Positions 1 to 8,539 of a stretch of 39,312 nt of DNA are shown piece by piece. Location: positions 1 through 39,312 of the IMG/VR virus record IMGVR_UViG_3300048851_000228. The stretch is one strand, 5' to 3'. The first letter of the stretch is position 1. The number at the start of each line of letters is the position of its first letter. The translations under genes and the position numbers were made by a program. The DNA comes from a virus. Lineage: Duplodnaviria > Caudoviricetes. The notes under the pieces are model-generated. The model had not been told where the DNA came from. It made no database searches and was given only the letters and a program-made list of their open reading frames with translations.

Positions 1-141
1 CGATATCTGACGCTGTTGCAAGAGGCAGACCTGATCGAACGTACGCGCGACCAGCGCGACGGTCGTCGGTCGCACGTCCGGCTCACCGCTCTCGGACAGA
101 GGCGAATGGTAGGCCTGCTCGGGCGCTTGATCGACGCTTGA
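1..141 (+). CDS. 3' end of a MarR-like winged-HTH DNA-binding protein (partial, probably host flank)
   Basis: Frame 1 reads RYLTLLQEADLIERTRDQRDGRRSHVRLTALGQ...* (TGA 139-141). LIER...DGRR..V.LT..G is the typical MarR wing. Confidence 0.7.
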   Translation, partial: RYLTLLQEADLIERTRDQRDGRRSHVRLTALGQRRMVGLLGRLIDA

Positions 142-148
142 GATGGAT

Positions 149-222
149 TGGAGCGGGTAACGGGAATCGAACCCGTGTATTCAGCTTGGAAGGCTGCTGT
201 ACTACCATTGTACTATACCCGC
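149..222 (-). tRNA. tRNA-Gly(TCC) with encoded CCA; probable integration site
   Basis: Reverse complement GCGGGTA TA GTAC AATGGTA GTAC A GCAGC CTTCCAA GCTGA ATAC ACGGG TTCGATT CCCGT TACCCGC T CCA folds as a cloverleaf with anticodon TCC. Confidence 0.96.
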
Positions 223-296
223 ATCGCCTTGAAATCGTTAGACTTCTAAGCCGATGCCCGCTTCCGTTCCATCGTTCGTTCCGTTGGAATTCCAAC
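221..296. repeat. att-proximal inverted and direct repeats (candidate integrase arm/accessory binding sites)
   Basis: GCATCGCCTT(221-230)/AAGCCGATGC(248-257) imperfect inverted repeat. TTCCGTT at 262 and 279. Perfect palindrome GTTGGAATTCCAAC at 283-296. Confidence 0.45.
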
Positions 297-320
297 ATGG
301 CGACGGGGCGGGCAACCGGC

Positions 321-686
321 TCATATTGAAATGGGCGCTGCGGTGCAAGCCGCGAGGGCTTCCTGCAGGCGGCTTATCATGGCGCTGACGTCGCGCGGCT
401 CGAACACCGCATATAGCTGATCCATCTGGAAACAGCCGTCCCGGCCCTGGCAATTATAATCGAGATCCGGCGCGACCTGGCCGTACTCGATCGCTTGCAA
501 GTGATCGATGTATTCGATCGAGCTGTCGGTCGTTACGAACGACGGGATCAGGTCTTGGTACAGGAAATCGCTGGCATGCAGCGTATCACCCTTGATCCTA
601 AGATCTTCGAAGACGACCGGTTCATACTTCGCGAATACGGTTCCGGCCGGCATCGCCATGAACGTCTCTGCATCGACGATACGCAT
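321..686 (-). CDS. Phage hypothetical protein (121 aa)
   Basis: ATG at 686, 2 nt after the integrase stop; MRIVDAETFMAMPAGTVFAKYEP... has globular composition. Confidence 0.75.
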   Translation of the reverse strand: MRIVDAETFMAMPAGTVFAKYEPVVFEDLRIKGDTLHASDFLYQDLIPSFVTTDSSIEYIDHLQAIEYGQVAPDLDYNCQGRDGCFQMDQLYAVFEPRDVSAMISRLQEALAACTAAPISI

Positions 687-688
687 GA

Positions 689-1966
689 TTAGGCACTCTT
701 CGCTGGGCGGCTGATCTGGCGGGGCGCGCGATCGTGGGTGAGGTCGATGGCGAGCATCGCCATGCCGGTCGTGCGGGGCAGGTACGTTTCGAGGATCTTC
801 TTGACGCTTTCGAGGCGATGGCCGGTGATCGCCGATATCAGGTGATCGGGGATCCCGCGCTGGCCCATCGTCACAACGCACGTGCGGCGGAAATCGCGGA
901 ACTCGATATCGGCGACCTCGGCCGCCAGGTCGGTGTCGCCGGCAGCTGTGAGCTTCGCGACGGCCTTCAGGCGGATCCTGTTGAAGCGGAACTGGAACTG
1001 CGTCTGACGGGTGCGACGCTCGGCTGGGTCACTGCTCGTCCACGGGCGCTCGTTCTTTTCATCGTGCAGGATCGTCGTCAGCCCGAGCTTGCGCGACGCG
1101 GCGATCGCCGCCTCAATCTGCACGCGGGCTTCGCCGACGACGGGTATGCCGACCCAGCGATCGGTCTTTCCCTGCCGCATCCGGATGCCCATCACGCGGC
1201 CGTCAGGCTCGCGTGCGGCGAGGCGGGCGTAGACCGCGTGGTCGTCCGCCTCCCAGCCCTGGATCTCTTCGTAGCGGCTCTGCAGCATCTTCAGCAGATC
1301 CTCCTGGCGCTGGCCGATCGTCCAGGCGAGGATCATGGCGGCCGCCATGTTGACGCGGCCGCGGGACAGCGCGGAGTCGATCAGCGCCTTCTGGCATAGC
1401 TCGCTGGCAAATTGCTGGCGTGGTTCTGGCGTCGCGATGTCGAGATCGCCCGCGGCCGGGTTGACCGGGATCTTCTCGTTGCGGTGTGCCCAGTCCCATA
1501 GGGTGCGCAGCACCTTCAGCGTGTTGAAGGCGGTCGTCGCGCGGATCTCGCCGTCCGGCCGCGGCGCGTACAGCACGTCGCGCAGCTGCAGAATGTTGTT
1601 TCGGGTGATCGAGTCCATGCGCTCGGTTCCTGCCCATTTGCTGATCGTGCGGAGCTTCGCCGCGTACTCGACCGCGGTTTTCTCCTTCAGCTTGGGAAAG
1701 CGGTGCAGCTTGAACTCGGCGATGATGGCGTCGACGGTATGGCTCTTGTCCATCTTCTTCACGTCGGCGGGCGATGCGGTGCCGGCGCGCCAAGCAGCGA
1801 CCTCGTCGTTGCGTGCGCGGGCAGCCGTCATTGCGGAGCCTTCATCCTGGCCGAGCACGAGGTTCTTCCAGCCGGCCGCCTTCAGCGTGGCGGAGGGTTG
1901 CCAGTAGTAGCGGACACCGCCAGCGGTCTTCTTGACGGTGAGCATCGGGATCGTGATCTTCGCCAT
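689..1966 (-). CDS. int: Tyrosine recombinase / phage integrase
   Basis: RBS AAAGGAG before ATG 1966. N-terminal arm-binding-like RYYWQP. Catalytic set R (GQRQEDL), K (RQGKT), FRDFRRT (HxxR variant), TGH, Y (LETYL). Confidence 0.93.
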   Translation of the reverse strand: MAKITIPMLTVKKTAGGVRYYWQPSATLKAAGWKNLVLGQDEGSAMTAARARNDEVAAWRAGTASPADVKKMDKSHTVDAIIAEFKLHRFPKLKEKTAVEYAAKLRTISKWAGTERMDSITRNNILQLRDVLYAPRPDGEIRATTAFNTLKVLRTLWDWAHRNEKIPVNPAAGDLDIATPEPRQQFASELCQKALIDSALSRGRVNMAAAMILAWTIGQRQEDLLKMLQSRYEEIQGWEADDHAVYARLAAREPDGRVMGIRMRQGKTDRWVGIPVVGEARVQIEAAIAASRKLGLTTILHDEKNERPWTSSDPAERRTRQTQFQFRFNRIRLKAVAKLTAAGDTDLAAEVADIEFRDFRRTCVVTMGQRGIPDHLISAITGHRLESVKKILETYLPRTTGMAMLAIDLTHDRAPRQISRPAKSA

Positions 1967-2018
1967 GGCGGGGGGCTCCTTTGGCGGTTGTGAGTGTGAC
2001 GTTCGCGGCGGCGGGACG

Positions 2019-2483
2019 TCAAGCGGCTGCTGCGCGGCGCTCCGTGGCGGCACGGGCGGCGATAGCGTCTTCCGACCACGTCATGTGCCACGTCATGTCG
2101 TGAATGCTCTCCAGTATGCGCAGGCGGCGATCGGCGGTGGCCTGGTCGACCAGGCCGCGTTCGACGTAGCGCGGATAGTCGGCGCGACGGATCAGGATCT
2201 CGCGGCGAAGGCAAAGGATCCGATCGGTCCAGGTGGCGGTGCCGCGCAGTTCGGCGCCGGCGCGGGCGAGCTTGCCTGTCAGGTCGTCGGCAATCGCGCC
2301 CATTACGCGCAACTCGCGATCTGCGTCGGCGCGCGCGAGGCGGCCCTTCTGGATCATGCCCGGGTAGAGGCGGATCCGGGTCGCCAGTTCCGCCTCGGCT
2401 TCCTTCGCCATGTCGCCGAGAGTTTCCAGTGCGTAGATCTCGCGATCGTCGCGGTAGAAGATGAAGGTGGGATCGAAGGTCAC
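2019..2483 (-). CDS. Hypothetical protein with an internal tandem duplicated domain
   Basis: GTGA-coupled start. Two related segments: ELATRIRLYPGMIQKGRLARADADRELRVMGAI and EILIRRADYPRYVERGLVDQATADRRLRILESI. Confidence 0.75.
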   Translation of the reverse strand: MTFDPTFIFYRDDREIYALETLGDMAKEAEAELATRIRLYPGMIQKGRLARADADRELRVMGAIADDLTGKLARAGAELRGTATWTDRILCLRREILIRRADYPRYVERGLVDQATADRRLRILESIHDMTWHMTWSEDAIAARAATERRAAAA

Positions 2484-2857
2484 CGCTCCTTCCCCCCAAC
2501 AACCCCCGCCGTCGCCCCCTGTTCGGAGAGGTGGGCTTTTACGAGCAGGCCGAGCGGGGTCGGTTGAATCGTCCACCTCGCATCGCCCATTTCGAATACG
2601 CACGGCGTCGGCTCGCCGTCCTCGACAGCCTCAAGCAAGTTGTGGCGCAGCAGGAAATCAATATCCTCACCTTCACAAATCACGGCGCTGTCGGGGTCAC
2701 CTGGAACCTCAAGATACTCCATTTCCGGCCAAGCATTGTGACCGGCAGGGAAGCCCCAACCAAAGATGTCGAGCCCCTTACGCTGCGCCTTCGTCAGCTT
2801 CCCCGCCACGTCCCCCGCAATCGCGGCTGCGGCATCTGTTGTGGGGGTCATGGTCAC
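2480..2857 (-). CDS. Phage hypothetical protein
   Basis: GTGA overlaps with both neighbours in the leftward operon. Confidence 0.65.
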   Translation of the reverse strand: MTMTPTTDAAAAIAGDVAGKLTKAQRKGLDIFGWGFPAGHNAWPEMEYLEVPGDPDSAVICEGEDIDFLLRHNLLEAVEDGEPTPCVFEMGDARWTIQPTPLGLLVKAHLSEQGATAGVVGGKER

Positions 2858-3048
2858 AGCTTTTCCAGGCGGTTATCGTTCTCGTCGCGGGTGCGCGGAC
2901 CGGCGTAAGGCCCGTCAGTATCGCCGCAGCCGGTGCACGTCAGCCAGAAGTCGGTGCTATCGCCAGCCGGCACTTGGCCGACCCGGTGGGCGCGCTTTGC
3001 TTCTTTGCATATCGTGCAAATATGGTGGTCGAAGTCGTAGCGGATCAT
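2854..3048 (-). CDS. Small zinc-ribbon-like protein
   Basis: CTIC...CTGC pairs; ATGA-coupled. Confidence 0.6.
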   Translation of the reverse strand: MIRYDFDHHICTICKEAKRAHRVGQVPAGDSTDFWLTCTGCGDTDGPYAGPRTRDENDNRLEKL

Positions 3049-3428
3049 CTTTCAGCCCCTTCGTGTTGCGAGCGTGAGGTGGCGAACATGTCGGGTATGC
3101 CGAGTGCGGCTCGCGCGCGTTCGGCGATCCCAGCCCGGCGCATCGGTGCGTCGTAGCGGTTGTGGCACTGCTGACAGGCGTGAAACATGCGATCGATGCT
3201 CGTTTCTTCGAGCGCCACTCCATGCTCGTGCGCCAACGTCAGAACGACCTTGGACCCGGTAGCGGGATGCGGCTGGCCGTTCATCGCCGCGCACCGCCCG
3301 CCATGATCTAGCCCGCACTTCCCGTCGCATTCGCAGCGGTTGCCACCACGTTCGCGCGCCTGTTCGACCATCGCTTTCCAGACCTTGGCCTTCGGATAGC
3401 GCGTCTTGTTCTCAGGACGGATCGGCAT
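3045..3428 (-). CDS. HNH-like Zn-binding phage protein
   Basis: MPIRPENKTRYP..W, RCEC...VVLTLAH...CQQCHNRYD pattern. Confidence 0.75.
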   Translation of the reverse strand: MPIRPENKTRYPKAKVWKAMVEQARERGGNRCECDGKCGLDHGGRCAAMNGQPHPATGSKVVLTLAHEHGVALEETSIDRMFHACQQCHNRYDAPMRRAGIAERARAALGIPDMFATSRSQHEGAER

Positions 3429-4203
3429 TGTTTCCCCCTCCCTGCAACAAGAGGCGGATGGCGGCGGCACACTCTTCAGCCTCGACAGCTTTGAACGCAT
3501 TGATCTCAGCCTGATTGTCTTCGTACATGCGTATCCGACCAGCGGCCCGCTCATCACAGACCTTCGCAGCTGCCTCGATCGCCAGCGCCACCCCTTCGTC
3601 ATCCCCTGCCGCAACGGTGGCGAGAGATTCAACCGTTACGGTTTCCGCAACAGTTGCCTTTGTTTTCGCCAGGGCATCCGACAGGCGCGGGCCGATCCAG
3701 TCGAGAACGCCAATCGCGACCTGCGCCTCGTCCGGCTCTACGAACACGCCATTGACCGTCGCACCGCCCGCAGCAATGATCTGCGTCCACCTCACACGAC
3801 TGGCTGCTGCATCGTCGCTGATGCGCTTGACCGCCTTTCGTAGCTCAGCCTCCCCCACCACTGGCATCGCCGCTTTCAACGAAACGTCGTGTTCGTGACA
3901 TCCGGTTGCCGCACTTTGCACATCGGTTGAAAGTGATGGGGGTGGTGGGGTTTGATCATCGACGTAACACGCATCGCATCCGGTATCGTGACCGCCTTGG
4001 GAAACGACCTTCGTGCCGTCGCAGGCAGGGCACTTCGGCGTTGGCAGTGCCTGCGGGGAGATGGCGGCAATAACGCGATCGGCAGCACGAAAAGCAGCGT
4101 CGCGGCGTGCCTGGCGATATGTGGCCAGCCCGTCTTCATCGAACGCAACCAGATCGATTTGCCGTGCTATCGTTGCGCGCAACTCGGGGTTGGGATTGGT
4201 CAT
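3412..4203 (-). CDS. Mosaic phage hypothetical protein
   Basis: 263-aa ORF with CPACDG..C..C knuckle and a C-terminal EAAAKVCD...EECAAAIR segment. Confidence 0.6.
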   Translation of the reverse strand: MTNPNPELRATIARQIDLVAFDEDGLATYRQARRDAAFRAADRVIAAISPQALPTPKCPACDGTKVVSQGGHDTGCDACYVDDQTPPPPSLSTDVQSAATGCHEHDVSLKAAMPVVGEAELRKAVKRISDDAAASRVRWTQIIAAGGATVNGVFVEPDEAQVAIGVLDWIGPRLSDALAKTKATVAETVTVESLATVAAGDDEGVALAIEAAAKVCDERAAGRIRMYEDNQAEINAFKAVEAEECAAAIRLLLQGGGNNADPS

Positions 4204-4844
4204 GCGGCGATCCTTTGCGACTGGATTTGCGCCATCAACTGGAGGCCGATGTGCTTGGTGTAGGCGGGCGGGATAGCCTCGCGCAGACCGTCACGAGATG
4301 CCCACGGCATTCCCATGATATCGCGTGCCGTGCCGACACCAGAGAAGTTGCCGACAACGTGCATGAACTCCCCATCGCGGATCGGTCGCCCCATTTTACG
4401 GGTAGGGGCAACATGCGGAGGGTGCGCCGGCGCTTTGATCAAGAAGTTGGCTTCAAAGAGCCGGTGCCGATAGGTGCGCAGTCCAAACATAGCGCCACAA
4501 AGCACAACCGGGTCGAGCAAGGGCGCGCCCTGAACGTTTTCGATCACGTAAGGCAAGCCGGACATGGCAAGCAGTCTACGTATGGGGCTCACCAAGTCGG
4601 GATGCTCGTTATTTTGGACCCGCTGCGCCAAGGTATACCGCTGGCATGGGGGGCTTGCGTGGATAGCGTCGAATGTGCGGATGAAGCGCATATCCACAGC
4701 GGTCGCATCCATTTGGATGAAACCGAACGGATACCGTGGCTGCGGGTCGATATCGACACCCACCACGTCGAACCCGGCTTCGTGGTAGCCTGTTGCCGCG
4801 CCGCCTTCACAGCAGAATAGGTCTAATATCCGAAGACGGCTCAC
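4200..4844 (-). CDS. Solitary short C5-cytosine DNA methyltransferase
   Basis: Motif I LDLFCCEGG, motif IV SPPCQ, motif VI IENV, motif VIII RHRLF, C-terminal EAIPPAY. No cognate restriction endonuclease nearby. Confidence 0.85.
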   Translation of the reverse strand: MSRLRILDLFCCEGGAATGYHEAGFDVVGVDIDPQPRYPFGFIQMDATAVDMRFIRTFDAIHASPPCQRYTLAQRVQNNEHPDLVSPIRRLLAMSGLPYVIENVQGAPLLDPVVLCGAMFGLRTYRHRLFEANFLIKAPAHPPHVAPTRKMGRPIRDGEFMHVVGNFSGVGTARDIMGMPWASRDGLREAIPPAYTKHIGLQLMAQIQSQRIAA

Positions 4845-5614
4845 GCTACACCTCGGCCGTTAAGCGCGGCGAGTTCCGACTTCATGCGGTTAAAGGTAAG
4901 CACCAGCGACAAGATCAAGTCTTCCGGTCCACCGCCAGGCCGCGCGCGGATTGTGCGGTCGTAGTTCGAAAGCAACTCCTCGACGTTTTCAGGCCATTCG
5001 CCCTCCGCCTCCCGCGTATGGGTGGGGTCTATCGGAGGATACGCGCTTGCATCGGGTGCGGATGCCGGATGGTTGGCAGGATCGGCCGCATAATCGCGCA
5101 TCGCGTTCGCCGTCTTCAGGCCAAGCGCGACGTGGTGCGGATCGCCACCAGCGGCAAGCCGACGGTCTGCCCACACCTGCACGATCCGCCACGCATCCGG
5201 GTCGCGTCCCAACAGGATAAACATTGGCTCACCGGGTCTGCGCTTGGCTAGGCAATCGTGGTTCGCCTCTCCAATGTCACCTTCCCCCAACCTGTCAGCT
5301 TTCCTTGCAGGTTCGGTGAGGCGGGCATTGATGACGGCTGTCTCGATCTCGTCGACCAGATCCACCATCTGCATTTCGCCAGTGCCAATGTCAGACGGTG
5401 CGGGGTTCGACATCAGGTCGACCAGGGGGTAGGCGTTGCTAGGATCGTCTGAGTAGCACATGTTCGTCAGCCTGAATTCGCGAACAGCCTTGTAGATCGC
5501 CCGGTTCAACGGGCTACGGATCTCAAGATGCTTGGTCGCGTCGTCGCTGTGTTCACCGGCCAGCCGATGAACCGCCTCCCCCGCAACCGGCACCGCTTGC
5601 TGAACGTCCTTCAT
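4841..5614 (-). CDS. Phage hypothetical protein
   Basis: ATGA-coupled start at 5614; contains a DCLAKRRPGEPMFILLGRDP..WA module. Confidence 0.65.
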   Translation of the reverse strand: MKDVQQAVPVAGEAVHRLAGEHSDDATKHLEIRSPLNRAIYKAVREFRLTNMCYSDDPSNAYPLVDLMSNPAPSDIGTGEMQMVDLVDEIETAVINARLTEPARKADRLGEGDIGEANHDCLAKRRPGEPMFILLGRDPDAWRIVQVWADRRLAAGGDPHHVALGLKTANAMRDYAADPANHPASAPDASAYPPIDPTHTREAEGEWPENVEELLSNYDRTIRARPGGGPEDLILSLVLTFNRMKSELAALNGRGVA

Positions 5615-5775
5615 GCTGCGTCTCCCCGTGGTTTGCCTGCTGCTTCCCAAGATGCGACCGCTTCCAGCCAGCTTTCGGCCTCGTCGACCTGCTCGCTGCA
5701 TCGATTGCTTTCCTCATGGATCTCTTCGTCGCTCATCGCGCGGAAATCGGCAGCGTACTTTTTCCATGCTGCCAT
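5611..5775 (-). CDS. Small acidic hypothetical protein (54 aa, not in the ORF track)
   Basis: MAAWKKYAADFRAMSDEEIHEESNRCSEQVDEAESWLEAVASWEAAGKPRGDAA*. TGATG and ATGA overlaps fill the gap exactly. Confidence 0.7.
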   Translation of the reverse strand: MAAWKKYAADFRAMSDEEIHEESNRCSEQVDEAESWLEAVASWEAAGKPRGDAA

Positions 5776-6257
5776 CAGAACGGCATCCCTTCGTCATCGA
5801 GCTGGCTCAGCATCGCGCGACACGCGCGTGGACCGGCCGCGCTGATCTGGCCTTCCAGCCAATAGAAATCGCTCTTGATCTTGTTGCGGACGATTAGGCG
5901 CAGTGCGAGTTCGGCGATCATCCCATCCGATCCGCACTCCCAGCGATCGTCGTCGATCGGGGCGGATGATGCTTTCACGCCCGGCAGGCGATCCTCCTCG
6001 GCCGCGGTGACCAGCGCCTCTTCGATTGCTAGGACGTACAGGGGCTCGATCGTGATCGGCTTGTCGAGCCACGGGCTAGACGATGCAGCATGAACCCACG
6101 CGCCGCGCTTCCTCTTCCCGTTCCGTCGATGCCACATGTAGGGAGCGAAGACCGCGATGACGAAATGATCTCCATCGCCGACGTAGTAAGGCCGGTTCGG
6201 CTCGATCTGCGACGGAACGATCGGGTGCGGCACCACTGGGTAGAAGTCGTGGATCAT
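5775..6257 (-). CDS. Phage hypothetical protein
   Basis: Translationally coupled on both sides. Confidence 0.6.
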   Translation of the reverse strand: MIHDFYPVVPHPIVPSQIEPNRPYYVGDGDHFVIAVFAPYMWHRRNGKRKRGAWVHAASSSPWLDKPITIEPLYVLAIEEALVTAAEEDRLPGVKASSAPIDDDRWECGSDGMIAELALRLIVRNKIKSDFYWLEGQISAAGPRACRAMLSQLDDEGMPF

Positions 6258-6493
6258 GTGTTGCTCCGATATGTGATGGTCTGGGCGTCGAACGGGGAGT
6301 AGCTGCGGCGGAAGCCGAGGCGGCGGAGGATGCGGGAGGCGATCACGCCGTCGATCTCGACGTCGGCGTCGATCGCACCGCGCATCACGTCCAGAGCCTT
6401 GGCGATGGTGATGACGGTGAGCTCACCTTCCTCGATGTAACCGCCCATGAAGGCGGTCACGGTGTCGAGATCGTGAGCGGTGGGATACGTCAT
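6254..6493 (-). CDS. Small hypothetical protein, possible winged helix
   Basis: ATGA-coupled; IASRILRRLGFRRS...ITYR resembles a recognition helix plus wing. Confidence 0.55.
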   Translation of the reverse strand: MTYPTAHDLDTVTAFMGGYIEEGELTVITIAKALDVMRGAIDADVEIDGVIASRILRRLGFRRSYSPFDAQTITYRSNT

Positions 6494-7053
6494 GCGGCAG
6501 CAGCCTTGCTGACGGGCTCGCAGGCCGAGCAAAGATCCGGTGCGATCCAGTGGCAGGGCTGCTCGCCATCCATGCAGGCGCGCTCGTCGGTACAACCGCA
6601 GTCGCGGCACGCCCGGCCGGGGATGATCGTCTCGGGCTCGCTTTTCAGAACAAAAGGATCGGTGGCGACGTTGCGCGGGGCGTGGTCGAGACGATCAATC
6701 TCGGCCCAGATGAGCGCGGCCGCCTTGACTAAATTTGCCCGGGCGTCACCGGGACGCCAGTGCGCGGCATCCCAAGGCCACGATGGGGGTGCGTCATGCC
6801 ACAAGTCGTTGTTGCGCATCTGTTCGGCCGCGCGACCTGCATAAGCGATGCCAGCGAAGACCAAGGCGGAAGGCTGATAATTTTGGTCGCGGGCGAGCGT
6901 GAAGCCGTGCTTTTGCACCTGTTCCATCCGTTCGGCGATGATCGCGCGCAGGCCGTCGCCGATGAGGACGGAGGCTCCATCGTGCGTCATCGCTTCGCCG
7001 ACCGGCGCGTAGGTCGATGCGTGGATGCTGGCGAGGGGGTGTAGCTGCGTCAT
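6490..7053 (-). CDS. Conserved-type phage protein with C-terminal Cys-rich Zn finger
   Basis: RBS AGGAG. IAERMEQ...WPWDAAHWRP...LVKAAALIWAEIDRLD module, then CRDCGCT...C..PCHW...LCSAC. Confidence 0.8.
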   Translation of the reverse strand: MTQLHPLASIHASTYAPVGEAMTHDGASVLIGDGLRAIIAERMEQVQKHGFTLARDQNYQPSALVFAGIAYAGRAAEQMRNNDLWHDAPPSWPWDAAHWRPGDARANLVKAAALIWAEIDRLDHAPRNVATDPFVLKSEPETIIPGRACRDCGCTDERACMDGEQPCHWIAPDLCSACEPVSKAAAA

Positions 7054-7062
7054 GGCAGTCTC

Positions 7063-7281
7063 CTAAGCGTGAAGAGGGAGCCCGATTTGTCGGGCGTAGG
7101 CTTCGAGATCCGCGGCTTTGCGGCGGGTAGCGGCGAGCGCTTGAGGTAGGCGGCGCCAGTATTGATCGCGGGCGCATTGCAAGCCGGCGAGTTCGTGGTC
7201 CTGGTCGCGCGATCGGGCGCGGCCGAGCGTTTCGAGTTCAGTTATGCGCGCGTCGCGCTGCTGCAGCTGGTCGAGCGTCAC
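7063..7281 (-). CDS. Small helical hypothetical protein
   Basis: GTG at 7281 overlaps the upstream TGA; VTLDQLQQRDARITELE... Confidence 0.55.
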   Translation of the reverse strand: MTLDQLQQRDARITELETLGRARSRDQDHELAGLQCARDQYWRRLPQALAATRRKAADLEAYARQIGLPLHA

Positions 7282-7409
7282 GGCGTCCAGCCCTTTGCCG
7301 CGAGGCGCGCCATGCTGACCCGGTGCAGATCGGCTGCGCGACGGCGTTCGGCTTCCTCGAGAGAACAATTCGCGGCGAGCGCGTAGCGCATGAGGGCGAG
7401 GTGGCGCAT
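7278..7409 (-). CDS. Small hypothetical protein (start uncertain)
   Basis: MRHLALMRYALAANCSLEEAERRRAADLHRVSMARLAAKGWTP*; GTGA overlap downstream. Confidence 0.45.
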   Translation of the reverse strand: MRHLALMRYALAANCSLEEAERRRAADLHRVSMARLAAKGWTP

Positions 7410-7463
7410 GGCCGGTGATGGCCCTTCACGCTTGCGCACGGCCGGGGCGTACCGGACCGGGCA

Positions 7464-7616
7464 TCACCCGACCTGCCACGTGACGAGCATGCCGATCGCC
7501 ATCATCAGCGCGAGGCTGAACGCGGTGGCGAGCATGATCAGGCCGAGATTGCCGTCATAGCCGCGGCAGGCGTTGGCGACGTCGACCCAGAAGGACGGGC
7601 GGGCCGGCGCCATCAT
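7464..7616 (-). CDS. Small single-pass membrane protein
   Basis: LGLIMLATAFSLALMMAIGMLV hydrophobic stretch; ATGA-coupled. Confidence 0.5.
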   Translation of the reverse strand: MMAPARPSFWVDVANACRGYDGNLGLIMLATAFSLALMMAIGMLVTWQVG

Positions 7617-7723
7617 GAGCGGCATGCCGCAACGATGATCGCGGCGATCGCCAGCCATGAGAGGATAATCAGCGCGATGATGACGCGCAGATTGCCCCAG
7701 CGGCGCGGTGCCGGCCCGATCAC
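7613..7723 (-). CDS. Small single-pass membrane peptide
   Basis: VIGPAPRRWGNLRVIIALIILSWLAIAAIIVAACRS*; GTGA-coupled. Confidence 0.45.
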   Translation of the reverse strand: MIGPAPRRWGNLRVIIALIILSWLAIAAIIVAACRS

Positions 7724-8082
7724 TGGCCACGGAGCCGCGCGATCGTGGCGCATGCCAGCTCGATCGCTTCCTTTTCGACCTTGTCCGCCATTGCGTTCAA
7801 TTGGCTCGCGATCGTACGGGCGCCGCGGACGTCCGGCGTCAAGATAAGGCCGCGACCGCGTGCGCCGCAGCCGCATTGGCAGCCCTCTTTCGCCAGTATC
7901 AGGGCGATGCGCTTGAACGAATCCTCAACCGTGACAGTCGCGACGTTCACCGCCTCGGCATGGTGAAACAGGACGTCGCCAAGTCCGGGGATGTGGCGAA
8001 CATGCGACGGGATCGGCTCTTGATCGATGCCGCTATAGTTTGCCCGGTCGACGCCGGGCCCGCTGGCTGTCGCGCGGATCAT
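7720..8082 (-). CDS. Phage hypothetical protein
   Basis: ATGA-coupled 120-aa ORF. Confidence 0.65.
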   Translation of the reverse strand: MIRATASGPGVDRANYSGIDQEPIPSHVRHIPGLGDVLFHHAEAVNVATVTVEDSFKRIALILAKEGCQCGCGARGRGLILTPDVRGARTIASQLNAMADKVEKEAIELACATIARLRGQ

Positions 8083-8462
8083 GCCGCATTGCCCGAGAAC
8101 AGCGACATAGCGCTCGCACTAAGGCGGCTGTCGATCGCGACGCGTTCGGCCTGGTCCACGAGGCCGCGGGCCGCGGGCGGCAGGCGGTTGTCGAACCACA
8201 GGTCGACCTCGATCTTCGTCCAGGTGCTGTCCTTGTGGGCCGTCTTTACCAGCTTGCCGGCGCGGACGATCGGGAACGGTGGGGGGAAACCTTCGAGCGC
8301 GATGTACGCGTCGAGCGTCTTGCAGACGTAGCCGGCGCTGCGATGCGCCTGGCCGAGGCGACCGGCGATATGGAAGATGTCGACGGTGCCCGCATTGCGG
8401 GGGTTGCGCGCAGCAACAGCGCGGCGCGCGAGATCGGTAGGGATAACGGTGATCGGGGACAT
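8079..8462 (-). CDS. AlpA/excisionase-like winged-HTH protein, first gene of the leftward early operon
   Basis: RBS GGAG; IAGRLG...EGFPPP...WTKIEVDLWF matches the AlpA/Xis FP.P...W...V..W pattern. Confidence 0.6.
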   Translation of the reverse strand: MSPITVIPTDLARRAVAARNPRNAGTVDIFHIAGRLGQAHRSAGYVCKTLDAYIALEGFPPPFPIVRAGKLVKTAHKDSTWTKIEVDLWFDNRLPPAARGLVDQAERVAIDSRLSASAMSLFSGNAA

Positions 8463-8492
8463 GACCAGCTCCGTTCGGTTGAGAACGGCTTC

Positions 8493-8539
8493 GGTCTATT
8501 GCCCCAGCTTATATTATGTCAATGGCTTATATTCTAAGC
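8493..8539 (-). promoter_or_regulatory. Leftward early promoter (PL-like) with operator sites
   Basis: Minus strand CCA-TTGACA-TAATATAAGCTGGGGCAA-TAGACC (-35 at 8522-8517). GCTTATATT at 8507 and 8525; near-palindrome GCTTA-N5-TAAGC at 8525-8539. Confidence 0.75.

Noticed and set aside
880-905. Integrase has FRDFRRT in place of the canonical HxxR
   Set aside because: His-to-Arg at this position is a known variant among tyrosine recombinases and the other catalytic residues are intact; no evidence of inactivation or novelty.
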